Positions 55,498-64,000 of a stretch of 64,000 nucleotides of DNA are shown one piece after another (positions within the stretch are counted from its first letter, which is position 1; each line of letters begins with the position of its first letter). The DNA comes from Candidatus Latescibacterota bacterium (lineage in GTDB: Bacteria > Latescibacterota > UBA2968 > UBA8231), in assembly GCA_965203175.1 (NCBI GenBank), contig OZ241867.1, positions 5,440,001 through 5,504,000 of the forward strand, written 5' to 3'. The notes beneath the pieces are model-generated. The model searched no databases and was not told the DNA's origin. It saw only the letters and a list, made by a program, of their open reading frames with translations. Position numbers and translations under genes: made by a program.

Positions 55498-58440
55498 ATG
55501 GCCCGTCTCCTGTCCTTTGTCCTCCTGCTTGGGTTCGCGCCCCTCGCCGAAGCCACGATTGTCATCAGCGAAGTGCTCGCCGACCCGCCTACGGGTGCCG
55601 CTGGCGACGCCAACCAAGACGGCCAGCGCAACACCTATGAAGACGAGTTCATCGAACTCTACAACGCCGGTTCAGCACCCGTCGATATAAGTGGCTGGCG
55701 GCTGGGCGATAGCTCGTCATCGAACAACTCCTTTCAATTCCCAGCCAATACCATCATTGAACCGGACTCCTACGTCGTCCTCTTCGGCGGCGGCACTCCA
55801 TCGAGATTCACCGTCCCCGTCTATACTGATGACGGGCGCATTGGCAACGGACTGACCAACTCCGGCGAGGAGATTCGCCTGACCGACGCCAACGGCGCGG
55901 AGATCGCGGTCGTTTCGCACGGCACCTGGCCCAGCGACCAATCCATCGTCCGCAACCCATCCGACGGCGGTGCGTTTGTTCCACACAAAACCGCCTCGCC
56001 AACCGGGGAGCTCTTTTCTCCCGGACGCGCCACAGATGCCGAACCGGAAACACCCGAAACACCCGAACCGGAAACACCCGAACCGGAAACGCCCGAAACC
56101 GAAACACCGCCCGAACCTACACCCGCCTACCCCCTCTTCATCAGCGAAGTGCTCGCCGATCCGCCTTCGGGTGCCGCTGGCGACGCCAACCAAGACGGCC
56201 AGCGCAACACCTATGAAGACGAGTTCATCGAACTCTACAACGCCGGTTCAGCACCCGTCGATATAAGTGGCTGGCGGCTGGGCGACAGCAGGCCTCCGAA
56301 GGAACACTTCCAATTCCCCGCCGACGCGGTCATTGAACCCGGCTCGTACGTCGTCCTCTTCGGCGGCGGCAACCCGTCAGGATTTACCGTGCCCGTCTAT
56401 ACCGACGACGGAAAAATCGGCAATGGCTTGACCGGCAAGGGCGAGGTGGTTCGCCTGATCGACAAAAACGGCCATGAGATCGATAGCGTCGCGCATACCC
56501 CTTGGCCCAGCAAACAGTCTCTCGTCCGCCATCCGCCCGACGGAGACGCATGGGTTCCACACAAGACCGCCTCAACGGTCAAAGCCCTCTTCTCGCCCGG
56601 CCACACCCACATCATCCCCAAACCCTCCTACCCCCTCTTCATCAGCGAAGTGCTCGCCGACCCGCCTTCCGGCCTTGCTGGCGACGCCAATCGAGACGGC
56701 CAGCGCGACGGGTATGAGGATGATTTCATCGAACTGTACAATGCCGGATCGGAGCCTATCCCCTTGGCCGGCTGGCGGCTAGGCGACAGCACGGCACTGA
56801 AGAATTTCTTCCAATTCCCCGCTGACGCGGTCATCGCCCCGCACTCGTACGTCGTCCTCTTCGGCGGCGGCAACCCGTCGGGATTTACCGTGCCCGTCTA
56901 TATCGACGACGGAAAAATCGGCAACGGACTGACCAGTAGCGGCGAGGATATTCACCTGATCGACAAAAACGGCCACGAGATCGATGTAGTCTCGCACGAC
57001 GAGTGGCCCAAAGATCAGTCTATCGTCCGCGCCCCATTGGACGGCGGAGCCTTTGTCCCGCACAAAACCGCCTCGCCGATTGAAGCCTTCTTCTCACCCG
57101 GACACGCTCCGGACACGCGACCCATTTTGACCTATTCCCTCTTCATCAGCGAAGTACTCGCCGACCCGCCTGAGGGACCGGCTGGCGACGCTAATCGCGA
57201 CGGTCGGTACGACTCGCATGAAGACGAATTCATCGAACTCTACAACGCCGGTCCCGTGCCCGTTTCCCTAGCCGGCTGGCGTTTGGGCGACGCGGGTTCA
57301 CTAAGCGATTACTTCCGCTTCCCACGCGACGCCATCATCGCCCCTCGCTCCTACGTTGTCCTCTTCGGCGGCGGCAACCCTTTAGGATTCACCGTCCCCG
57401 TCTATACCGATGACGGAACCATCGGCGATGGACTGACCAACTCCGGCGAGTCTATCCACCTAATTGACAATCATGGCCATGAGGTCTCGTTCCTCTTTCA
57501 AGCTACTTGGCCCTATGCCCAGTCTATCGTCCGCACCCCATCGGACGGCGGAGCCTTTGTCCCGCACAAAACCGCCTCGCCGAATGGGACACCCTTCTCA
57601 CCCGGACACGCTCCGGACACGCGACCCATTTTGACCTATTCCCTCTTCATCAGCGAAGTACTCGCCGACCCGCCTGAGGGACCGGCTGGCGACGCTAATC
57701 GCGACGGTCAGCGCGATCCGTATGAAGACGAATTCATCGAACTCTACAACGCCGGTCCCGTGCCCGTTTCCCTAGCCGGCTGGCGCTTGGGCGACGCGGG
57801 TTCACTAAGCGATTACTTCCGCTTCCCACGCGACGCCATCATTGAACCCGGCTCCTATGTCGTCCTCTTCGGCGGTGGCAACCCAGCGGGGTTCACCGTC
57901 CCCGTCTATACTGACGACGGAACCATCGGCGATGGACTGACCAACTCCGGCGAGTCTATCCACCTAATTGACAATCATGGCCATGAGGTCTCGTTCCTCT
58001 TCCAATCTACTTGGCCCTATGCTCAATCCCTCGTCCGCATTTCACCGGATAGCACCGCGTTTGTTCCGCACCAAACCGCCTCGCTGACCCAAGCCTCCTT
58101 CTCTCCTGGACGCACCATAGACGCGCCCTCTGCATCTGCAGCCAAAATCTCTGCAATGGCCTCGGCAACCTCGCTCCACGTGTGGCCCAACCCCTTCAAC
58201 GCAACCGCTCACTTCGGCTTCTACCTCCGCCAAGCCGCCGTCGTCCACGTAGCCATCTACAACATCCAAGGCCAACTTGTGCGCACGCTGGTGGATGCGC
58301 CGCTACACGCGGGTCTGCACCAGATGCGATGGGATGGCCGTGACGAACGGGGCTATTGGGCGGCGACCGGTCTGTACTTCGCTCGTTTCCACATCGCGCA
58401 TAGCCCCCCGCACTACGCCAAGCTTCTCCTCCTCCGCTGA
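55498..58440 (+). CDS. Secreted protein with 5 lamin-tail-domain repeats and T9SS type A/FlgD CTD
   Basis: Signal peptide; 5x ISEVLADPP..(E/D)FIELYN..GWRLGD; PETPE linker; WPNPFN..IYNIQGQLVRTL..WDGRD..KLLLLR. Confidence 0.87.
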   Translation: MARLLSFVLLLGFAPLAEATIVISEVLADPPTGAAGDANQDGQRNTYEDEFIELYNAGSAPVDISGWRLGDSSSSNNSFQFPANTIIEPDSYVVLFGGGTPSRFTVPVYTDDGRIGNGLTNSGEEIRLTDANGAEIAVVSHGTWPSDQSIVRNPSDGGAFVPHKTASPTGELFSPGRATDAEPETPETPEPETPEPETPETETPPEPTPAYPLFISEVLADPPSGAAGDANQDGQRNTYEDEFIELYNAGSAPVDISGWRLGDSRPPKEHFQFPADAVIEPGSYVVLFGGGNPSGFTVPVYTDDGKIGNGLTGKGEVVRLIDKNGHEIDSVAHTPWPSKQSLVRHPPDGDAWVPHKTASTVKALFSPGHTHIIPKPSYPLFISEVLADPPSGLAGDANRDGQRDGYEDDFIELYNAGSEPIPLAGWRLGDSTALKNFFQFPADAVIAPHSYVVLFGGGNPSGFTVPVYIDDGKIGNGLTSSGEDIHLIDKNGHEIDVVSHDEWPKDQSIVRAPLDGGAFVPHKTASPIEAFFSPGHAPDTRPILTYSLFISEVLADPPEGPAGDANRDGRYDSHEDEFIELYNAGPVPVSLAGWRLGDAGSLSDYFRFPRDAIIAPRSYVVLFGGGNPLGFTVPVYTDDGTIGDGLTNSGESIHLIDNHGHEVSFLFQATWPYAQSIVRTPSDGGAFVPHKTASPNGTPFSPGHAPDTRPILTYSLFISEVLADPPEGPAGDANRDGQRDPYEDEFIELYNAGPVPVSLAGWRLGDAGSLSDYFRFPRDAIIEPGSYVVLFGGGNPAGFTVPVYTDDGTIGDGLTNSGESIHLIDNHGHEVSFLFQSTWPYAQSLVRISPDSTAFVPHQTASLTQASFSPGRTIDAPSASAAKISAMASATSLHVWPNPFNATAHFGFYLRQAAVVHVAIYNIQGQLVRTLVDAPLHAGLHQMRWDGRDERGYWAATGLYFARFHIAHSPPHYAKLLLLR
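56041..56116 (+). repeat. Low-complexity PETPE linker repeats
   Basis: Repeated CCGGAAACACCCGAA-like units encoding EPETPETPEPETPEPETP. Confidence 0.8.
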
Positions 58441-58642
58441 GACTCCATCCCACGCAGGTTGTGCATTAGCCGCCTCGGTTACATATTTTGGTAAGACGTA
58501 CTCATCGGTGAGTACGCTTTTAGCAAGGCTTGACCGACCAGCGGTTTTAAAAACTCTTCTATAGGTCACTTGATGGGTGCATCCTTTCTAATCATTCCTA
58601 GCACAGAACGGTTTTAAGAGCCTGCCTAATCCGGCAAAGGTC

Positions 58643-61048
58643 ATGCTCTGCCTCTGCTACAGGCACCTCGCTCTGCTGATGCTGCTCTCGCTCCCATCCC
58701 TCGCCGCAGCCAACGTCATCATCAGCGAAGTACTCGCCGACCCGCCTGAAGGATCGGCTGGCGACGCCAACCGCGACGGTCAGCGCGACCCGCATGAAGA
58801 TGAGTTCATCGAACTCTACAACACCGGCTCACGTCGCGTCTCCCTAGCCGGTTGGCGATTGGGCGACGCGGGACCCCTAAGCGACTACTTCCGCTTCCCA
58901 GCCAAGGCCATCATTGAACCCGGCTCCTATGTCGTCCTCTTCGGCGGCGGCAATCCGGCTGAGTCCACCATCCCCGTCTATACCGATAACGGAACCATCG
59001 GCGATGGACTGACCGACAGCGGTGAGGCCATCCATCTGATCAATAAACGTGGCCATGAGGTCGCGTTCTTCTCCCATACCTCTTGGCCCGACAACCAATC
59101 CCTCACCCGCATTTCACCGGACAGCAGCGCATTTGTCCCGCACAAAACCATCTCGCCGACTGAGGAGTTATTTTCACCTGGACATGCCCCGGGAACTCGG
59201 CCCCCCTTGGTCTACCCCCTCATCATCAGCGAAGTACTCGCCGACCCGCCCGAGGGGCTAGCCGGCGACGCGAATCGCGACGGTCAGCGCGATCCGCATG
59301 AAGACGAATTCATCGAACTCTACAACTCCGGTCCCATTCCTATCTCCCTAGCCGGCTGGCTCTTGGGCGGGTCGGAGTCCCTGAGCGATTACTTCCACTT
59401 CCCGTCCGACGCCGTCGTTGGCCCCGGCTCCTATGTCGTCCTCTTCGGCGGCGGCAATCCGGCGGAGCTCACCATCCCCGTCTATACCGATGATGGAGCT
59501 ATCGGCGATGGACTAACCGACAGCGGTGAGGCCATTCACCTGATCGACGATCATGGCCATGAGATCTCGTTTCTCTCCGAGTCCACTTGGCCCGACAACC
59601 AATCCCTCGTCCGCACTTCACCGGATAGCAGCGCGTTCGTCCCGCACAAAACCGCCTCGCCGACTGGGGCACCTTTTTCACCTGGACATGCCCCAGGAAC
59701 GCAGCCCCCCTTGATTTCCTCCCTCTTCATTAGCGAAGTGCTAGCCGATCCGCCTTTGGGACTAGCCGGCGATGCCAATCGCGATGGTCGGCGCGACCCG
59801 CATGAAGATCAATTCATCGAACTCTACAACGCCGGCCCCGCGCCCATCTCCCTAGCCGGTTGGCTCTTGGGCGGCGAGGGGCCTCGAATTGGCTTCTTCC
59901 GCTTCCCGTCCGACGCTATCATTGAATCCAACTCGTATGTCGTCCTCTTCGGCGGCGGCGACCCGGCGGAGTTCACCATCCCCGTCTATACCGACGATGG
60001 AACAATCGGCAATGGACTGCCCAACACCGGTGAAGCCATCTACCTAATCGACGATCATGGCCATGAGGTCTCGTTCCTCTCCCACGCCACTTGGCCTGAA
60101 GACCAATCCCTCGTCCGCATTTCACCGGATAGCAACGCGTTCGTCCCACACAAAACTGTCTCGGAAACCGAGGCCCCCTTTTCGCCCGGCTATGCCCCAG
60201 ACCTGCCTACTGAGTCAGAAGAGCCGGAAACGCCATCTATGCCTAGTTACCCTCTCTTCATCAGCGAGGTGCTCGCCGACCCGCCTGAAGGATTAACCGG
60301 CGATGCCAATCGCGACGGTCAGCGCGATCCCTATGAAGACGAATTCATCGAACTCTACAACGCCGGAGCAGACACTATCTCCTTAGCTAGCTGGCAGTTG
60401 GGCGACGCTGCGTCCCTGATCGATTATTTCCGCTTCCCTCCCGGTGCCTTCATTGCTCCCGGCTCGTATGTCGTCCTCTTCGGCGGCGGTGATCCATCGG
60501 AGTTCGCCGTTCCCATCTATACCGACGACGGAACAATCGGCGATGGACTAACCGACAGCGGCGAAGCCATCTACCTAATCGATAAAACTGGCTATAGGGT
60601 CGCCAGCGTTTCCCACTCCACTTGGCCCGACGACCAGTCTATCGTCCGCACCTCAGCAGATAGCGCGTTTGTCCCGCACAAAACGGCCTCGTTGACCGAG
60701 ATCCCTTTTTCACCCGGACGCGCCACAGACGCGCCCTCTGAATCAGCGACTAAAATCCCTGCAACGGCATCGGCCCCCTCGCTTCAGGTATGGCCTAACC
60801 CCTTCAACGCCACCACCCACCTCCACTTCCACCTCGACCAAGCCACCTCCGTCCGTTTAGCGATCTACAACGTCCAAGGCCAACTGGTGCGCACGCTCGT
60901 GGACGCGCCGCTCGACGCCGGCGTACACCAGACGCGATGGGATGGCCGAGACGAACGCGGCCATTTGGTGGCTACCGGTCCGTACTTCGTCCGTTTCCGC
61001 ATCGCACATAGCCCCCCACACTACGCCAAGCTCGTCCTTATCCGCTAA
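58643..61048 (+). CDS. Secreted protein with 4 lamin-tail-domain repeats and T9SS type A/FlgD CTD (paralog of preceding gene)
   Basis: 4x ISEVLADPP..FIELYN; near-identical CTD WPNPFNAT..HSPPHYAKL. Confidence 0.87.
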   Translation: MLCLCYRHLALLMLLSLPSLAAANVIISEVLADPPEGSAGDANRDGQRDPHEDEFIELYNTGSRRVSLAGWRLGDAGPLSDYFRFPAKAIIEPGSYVVLFGGGNPAESTIPVYTDNGTIGDGLTDSGEAIHLINKRGHEVAFFSHTSWPDNQSLTRISPDSSAFVPHKTISPTEELFSPGHAPGTRPPLVYPLIISEVLADPPEGLAGDANRDGQRDPHEDEFIELYNSGPIPISLAGWLLGGSESLSDYFHFPSDAVVGPGSYVVLFGGGNPAELTIPVYTDDGAIGDGLTDSGEAIHLIDDHGHEISFLSESTWPDNQSLVRTSPDSSAFVPHKTASPTGAPFSPGHAPGTQPPLISSLFISEVLADPPLGLAGDANRDGRRDPHEDQFIELYNAGPAPISLAGWLLGGEGPRIGFFRFPSDAIIESNSYVVLFGGGDPAEFTIPVYTDDGTIGNGLPNTGEAIYLIDDHGHEVSFLSHATWPEDQSLVRISPDSNAFVPHKTVSETEAPFSPGYAPDLPTESEEPETPSMPSYPLFISEVLADPPEGLTGDANRDGQRDPYEDEFIELYNAGADTISLASWQLGDAASLIDYFRFPPGAFIAPGSYVVLFGGGDPSEFAVPIYTDDGTIGDGLTDSGEAIYLIDKTGYRVASVSHSTWPDDQSIVRTSADSAFVPHKTASLTEIPFSPGRATDAPSESATKIPATASAPSLQVWPNPFNATTHLHFHLDQATSVRLAIYNVQGQLVRTLVDAPLDAGVHQTRWDGRDERGHLVATGPYFVRFRIAHSPPHYAKLVLIR

Positions 61049-61051
61049 AAC

Positions 61052-61082
61052 AAAAGCCCCACCTCCAAGGGAGATGGGGCTT
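61052..61082 (-). terminator. Rho-independent terminator between convergent LTD gene and sodN
   Basis: AAAAGCCCCACCTCC-AAG-GGAGATGGGGCTT hairpin; T-tract on the minus strand. Confidence 0.75.
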
Positions 61083-61106
61083 CCACCAGCGAGACTTGGG
61101 GATGCG

Positions 61107-61565
61107 TTAGTTTTGATAGGCGCTCTTAAACTCATGCAATAAGACCCGCATTTTCTCCACCTGTTCCACGTCCACCGTCTGCTTGCACTTCATGGCCCCC
61201 CGGAGCATCTTGTGCAAAAGCACCAGCTTTGCGGTATATGCGGCCATTGCTTCGTCTCCTTCTTCCACCTCCTTGAGCCGCTGCGTCATAAAATACTGGG
61301 TGACGACGTGCTGGATTCTGTTGGCGTGCTCTTCCTTATTCGCCACCCATCGCGCTAGCTGATTCGCACTTTGGGCGTCGCTTTGGCCCGCGAGCGCAGC
61401 GATTTGCTTCATGGCCTTCTCAATGGTCGTCAGATCTTCCTCTATCGCGGCAAAACGCGCCTCGTCTCCATAAATACCGCAGGGGATTTCACAGTGCGCC
61501 AACAGCGGTGCAGTTGTAGCCAAAAGACAACAGGCGATCAGGATCATCAATTTTCCGTTCTTCAC
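61107..61565 (-). CDS. sodN: Nickel superoxide dismutase precursor
   Basis: Ni-hook AHCEIPCGIY, NQLARWV.NKEEHA, KCKQT; AAGGAGG RBS before GTG 61565. Confidence 0.9.
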   Translation of the reverse strand: MKNGKLMILIACCLLATTAPLLAHCEIPCGIYGDEARFAAIEEDLTTIEKAMKQIAALAGQSDAQSANQLARWVANKEEHANRIQHVVTQYFMTQRLKEVEEGDEAMAAYTAKLVLLHKMLRGAMKCKQTVDVEQVEKMRVLLHEFKSAYQN

Positions 61566-61649
61566 AAGGACCTCCTTAGCAAAATAGTTTGTGGATATAG
61601 GCAAGGCATTATAGGGCGATTTCGTCGGCAGGGCAATTTTGCGCCGGCC

Positions 61650-62744
61650 CTAATCGCGCCAAGTGCGCGAGTCTGCGCGGATGAGCCAGCGGTTGATCTT
61701 ACCGTCTGCGTCCAAATCGACGATTTCCTCTAGTTGCGCCTCAAACTGGTGGTCGGTCACTTGGATGACCGGCGGCCAACGGAAGTGCTCCAAGTCCCGC
61801 GCCTCCATCCCGAGCGAGTCCAAGCTGGACGCATAGTGGCCGCGCTCGCGGCGAAAGCTCTGCTGGCGGTAGTAGATTCCGCGCAAAACGCGCTTGGCCT
61901 CCTCGGCAACTGCCGGGCGAAAGGGCACCTTTTGCCGCCCGACGACCTCAGCGGCAAATTGCACGAACCCCCACTTTTCTGGGTAGTGCATATTAACCAG
62001 CCCTTGCGGCGACCAAACCCAGTTGTCCGGGCTGCGGCCCTCTATTTTGACGTATTTACCCACGTCGGTAGCCAAGGCCCATTGCACCCGCGAAAAATTG
62101 ATCCGCCATTGATCGCCATCCATCGGCGGCACCTTCTTGTGCGTGGCCTCGGCCAGCACGGCCCACGGGAAAGCCATCTCCACCGACCACCCCTGGTCCT
62201 CATCAGTGGGATCGTTAATGCTGCCCCACACCCGCACAGCCGTTTGCAGACCGGCGATGTCCCAAGCGCTTACGTAAGGGCCGCCGTCGCGGTAGGGCTT
62301 AATCATCAGCAAATCCCACTCCGTGCCGAGTGCATTGATCTCAAACTCGTAGTACTGATGCGTATCGCCGTCCGGGTCGATAAAGACCTCGAAGTCGTTT
62401 TCTTGGTAGATCGTCGCATCGCGCATAGCGATGGTAGCCCACACGTGCGGCTCCTCCAAATCGGCGGCTATGTATAGATACTCGTCGTCCCACAGCATTT
62501 TAGCCCGCGTCTGCAGGCGCGGCACGGGTTTGCGCTCGCCCTCAATATCGACGAAGGGCGCAGTCCAATCCGCCCGCTGCCAAGACGGCTCGTCGAGATT
62601 GCCGTCGATGTCGATAGCCCCGGCCGTGCGATACGCCACATAAGTCCGCGGCTCGATGCTCTCTACGTAGTCGATGTCAAAGCGCGGTTGCCCCTCGGCG
62701 ACAGAGGCCAGCAAGGCCGCGCCCAACATAGCCCAGTGCAACAT
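61650..62744 (-). CDS. Carbohydrate-binding family 9-like secreted protein
   Basis: IDGNLDEPSW, AKMLWDDEYLY, DFEVFIDPDGD..YYEFEINA, WRINFSRV, HYPEKWG; start reassigned to ATG 62744 (AAAGGAG RBS). Confidence 0.8.
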   Translation of the reverse strand: MLHWAMLGAALLASVAEGQPRFDIDYVESIEPRTYVAYRTAGAIDIDGNLDEPSWQRADWTAPFVDIEGERKPVPRLQTRAKMLWDDEYLYIAADLEEPHVWATIAMRDATIYQENDFEVFIDPDGDTHQYYEFEINALGTEWDLLMIKPYRDGGPYVSAWDIAGLQTAVRVWGSINDPTDEDQGWSVEMAFPWAVLAEATHKKVPPMDGDQWRINFSRVQWALATDVGKYVKIEGRSPDNWVWSPQGLVNMHYPEKWGFVQFAAEVVGRQKVPFRPAVAEEAKRVLRGIYYRQQSFRRERGHYASSLDSLGMEARDLEHFRWPPVIQVTDHQFEAQLEEIVDLDADGKINRWLIRADSRTWRD

Positions 62745-62858
62745 GGCTGCTCCTTTGTTTGCTCTTTCCCAAGTCTGACGCCATTGCATCAATATATCAC
62801 TTTGCGCTACTTTTGGAATGTGCAATATCAACAATTCACCTCAAAACAGACTCACGCC

Positions 62859-63182
62859 ATGACTGACAAAATGGCCCTCTATAAGAGTGGCATGAACAAA
62901 TTCGTCCAGCAGGACTTTGCCGGAGCCTTGGACGACCTAGCCCAAGCCATCGCCCTCGACCCGCAATTTGCCGATGCCTACCAAGCTATGGCGCATTGCC
63001 ACGAGAAGTTGGGCGACCTCGACCAAGCGCTCAGCGCAGCGCAAAAGGCCGCCGAGCACGACCCCGACGACTTCCTCGTCCACACTAGCCTCTCCATGTT
63101 CTACCAGCGCAAAGGCATGATCGCCGAGGCCGAACGAGAAAAGGCCATCGCCGCCAAGCTGCAAATGGAGAACCCCTTGTAA
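62859..63182 (+). CDS. Small TPR protein
   Basis: AIALDPQFADAY, TSLSMFYQRKGMIAEAE; start at ATG 62859. Confidence 0.78.
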   Translation: MTDKMALYKSGMNKFVQQDFAGALDDLAQAIALDPQFADAYQAMAHCHEKLGDLDQALSAAQKAAEHDPDDFLVHTSLSMFYQRKGMIAEAEREKAIAAKLQMENPL

Positions 63183-63186
63183 GCTC

Positions 63187-64000
63187 GTGCAACTCGGCCC
63201 TCACCAGCTCAACCCCTTCAAGGAGGATATGCCCATCCTCACCCTAGCGCCAATGGCCGGGGTGAGCAACTGGGTCTTCCGCCTTATCTGCGCGCGCCTC
63301 GGAGCGCGGCTGGTAGGAGTTGAATTTATCAACTGCCGCGCTATCGGCATCCACTCGCGCAAGAGCATACAGATGCTCGATTTTTCCGACGCGCCCATCT
63401 ACGCCGACACTGGCATCTCGCTGCTGGCTGCGCAAATCTACGGCAACGACATCGATCTGATCGCCAATGGAGCGCGGGAATTCGAGCGGCGCGGCGCGCA
63501 GGTGGTAGATATCAACTTTGGCTGTTCCGTACCCAAGATCGTCGCCAAAGGCTGCGGCGCGGCCTATTTGCGCGATCTCGATCGGCTCTATCAAGCCGTC
63601 GAGCGCACGGTCAAAGCCGTCTCGGTTCCGGTCATCGTCAAGACGCGCCTAGGCTGGGACGAAGAGGAGATCAATATCCTCGAAGTGGTGCGCCGCTGCG
63701 AGGACGCCGGTGCCCAAGCAGTGGCCATCCACGCCCGCACCGTCGTGCAAAAATACAAGGGCCGCGCCAACTGGCACTGGATCGGCCGCGCTGTCGAAGC
63801 TTCCTCCCTGCCCATCATCGGCAACGGCGACGTACTCACCCTCGACGACGCCCACCTCATGCAGCGGGAAACAGGCTGCGCCGCGGTCATGGTCGGGCGG
63901 GCGGCCTTGGCCAATCCCTGGCTCTTTTCCGGCCGCAGCGGCGCGACTCTCTCCGAGCGCATCAACTTGGCGCTGGAGCAGCTACGCCTGATGGCCGCAT
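63187..64000 (+). CDS. tRNA-dihydrouridine synthase (DusB-like), runs off window end
   Basis: Manual translation: LAPMAG, AQIYG, DINFGCSV.K, VKTRLGW, IHART, IIGNGDV, VMVGRAA; start GTG 63187 or ATG 63229. Confidence 0.9.
   Translation, partial: MQLGPHQLNPFKEDMPILTLAPMAGVSNWVFRLICARLGARLVGVEFINCRAIGIHSRKSIQMLDFSDAPIYADTGISLLAAQIYGNDIDLIANGAREFERRGAQVVDINFGCSVPKIVAKGCGAAYLRDLDRLYQAVERTVKAVSVPVIVKTRLGWDEEEINILEVVRRCEDAGAQAVAIHARTVVQKYKGRANWHWIGRAVEASSLPIIGNGDVLTLDDAHLMQRETGCAAVMVGRAALANPWLFSGRSGATLSERINLALEQLRLMAA

Noticed and set aside
1-64000. rRNA, tRNA, riboswitch, prophage or IS transposase
   Set aside because: No recognisable signatures by eye; small RNAs could be missed without a covariance-model search

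Overview
GC-rich bacterial chromosomal window from a diderm of the FCB superphylum. The gene content suggests Candidatus Latescibacterota or a relative, possibly host- or sponge-associated; this is inference. Core blocks: ndk-yceD-rpmF-fabH-fabD-fabG (1-3.4 kb) and uvrC-xerD-ABC transporter-ecfT-truA-htrA-pssA-tatA-gatA-PorV-like (42-54 kb), followed by sodN and dus. Accessory blocks: (i) a small-molecule metabolic patch at 7-15 kb carrying three copies of one promoter sequence; (ii) a ~24 kb region (16.5-40.5 kb) bounded by imperfect direct repeats of the 3' end of an RlmI-like methyltransferase gene, followed by an AbiE toxin-antitoxin cassette flanked by a duplicated uvrC promoter; (iii) two tandem secreted lamin-tail-domain repeat proteins behind a sigma54-type promoter. 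The best candidate for an undescribed system lies inside region (ii). It is a five-gene operon of two paralogous ~950-aa probable outer-membrane barrel proteins with acidic Ca-binding-like cassettes plus three paralogous discoidin-like/FlgD-CTD surface proteins. Around it are a SorC-family sugar regulator, a dedicated PPIase, an FG-GAP/ASPIC protein, a CBM9-like TWGxIK-tailed protein and an OPT-like membrane transporter. No rRNA, tRNA, CRISPR array, prophage or transposase was seen. All family calls come from motif recognition, not database searches.
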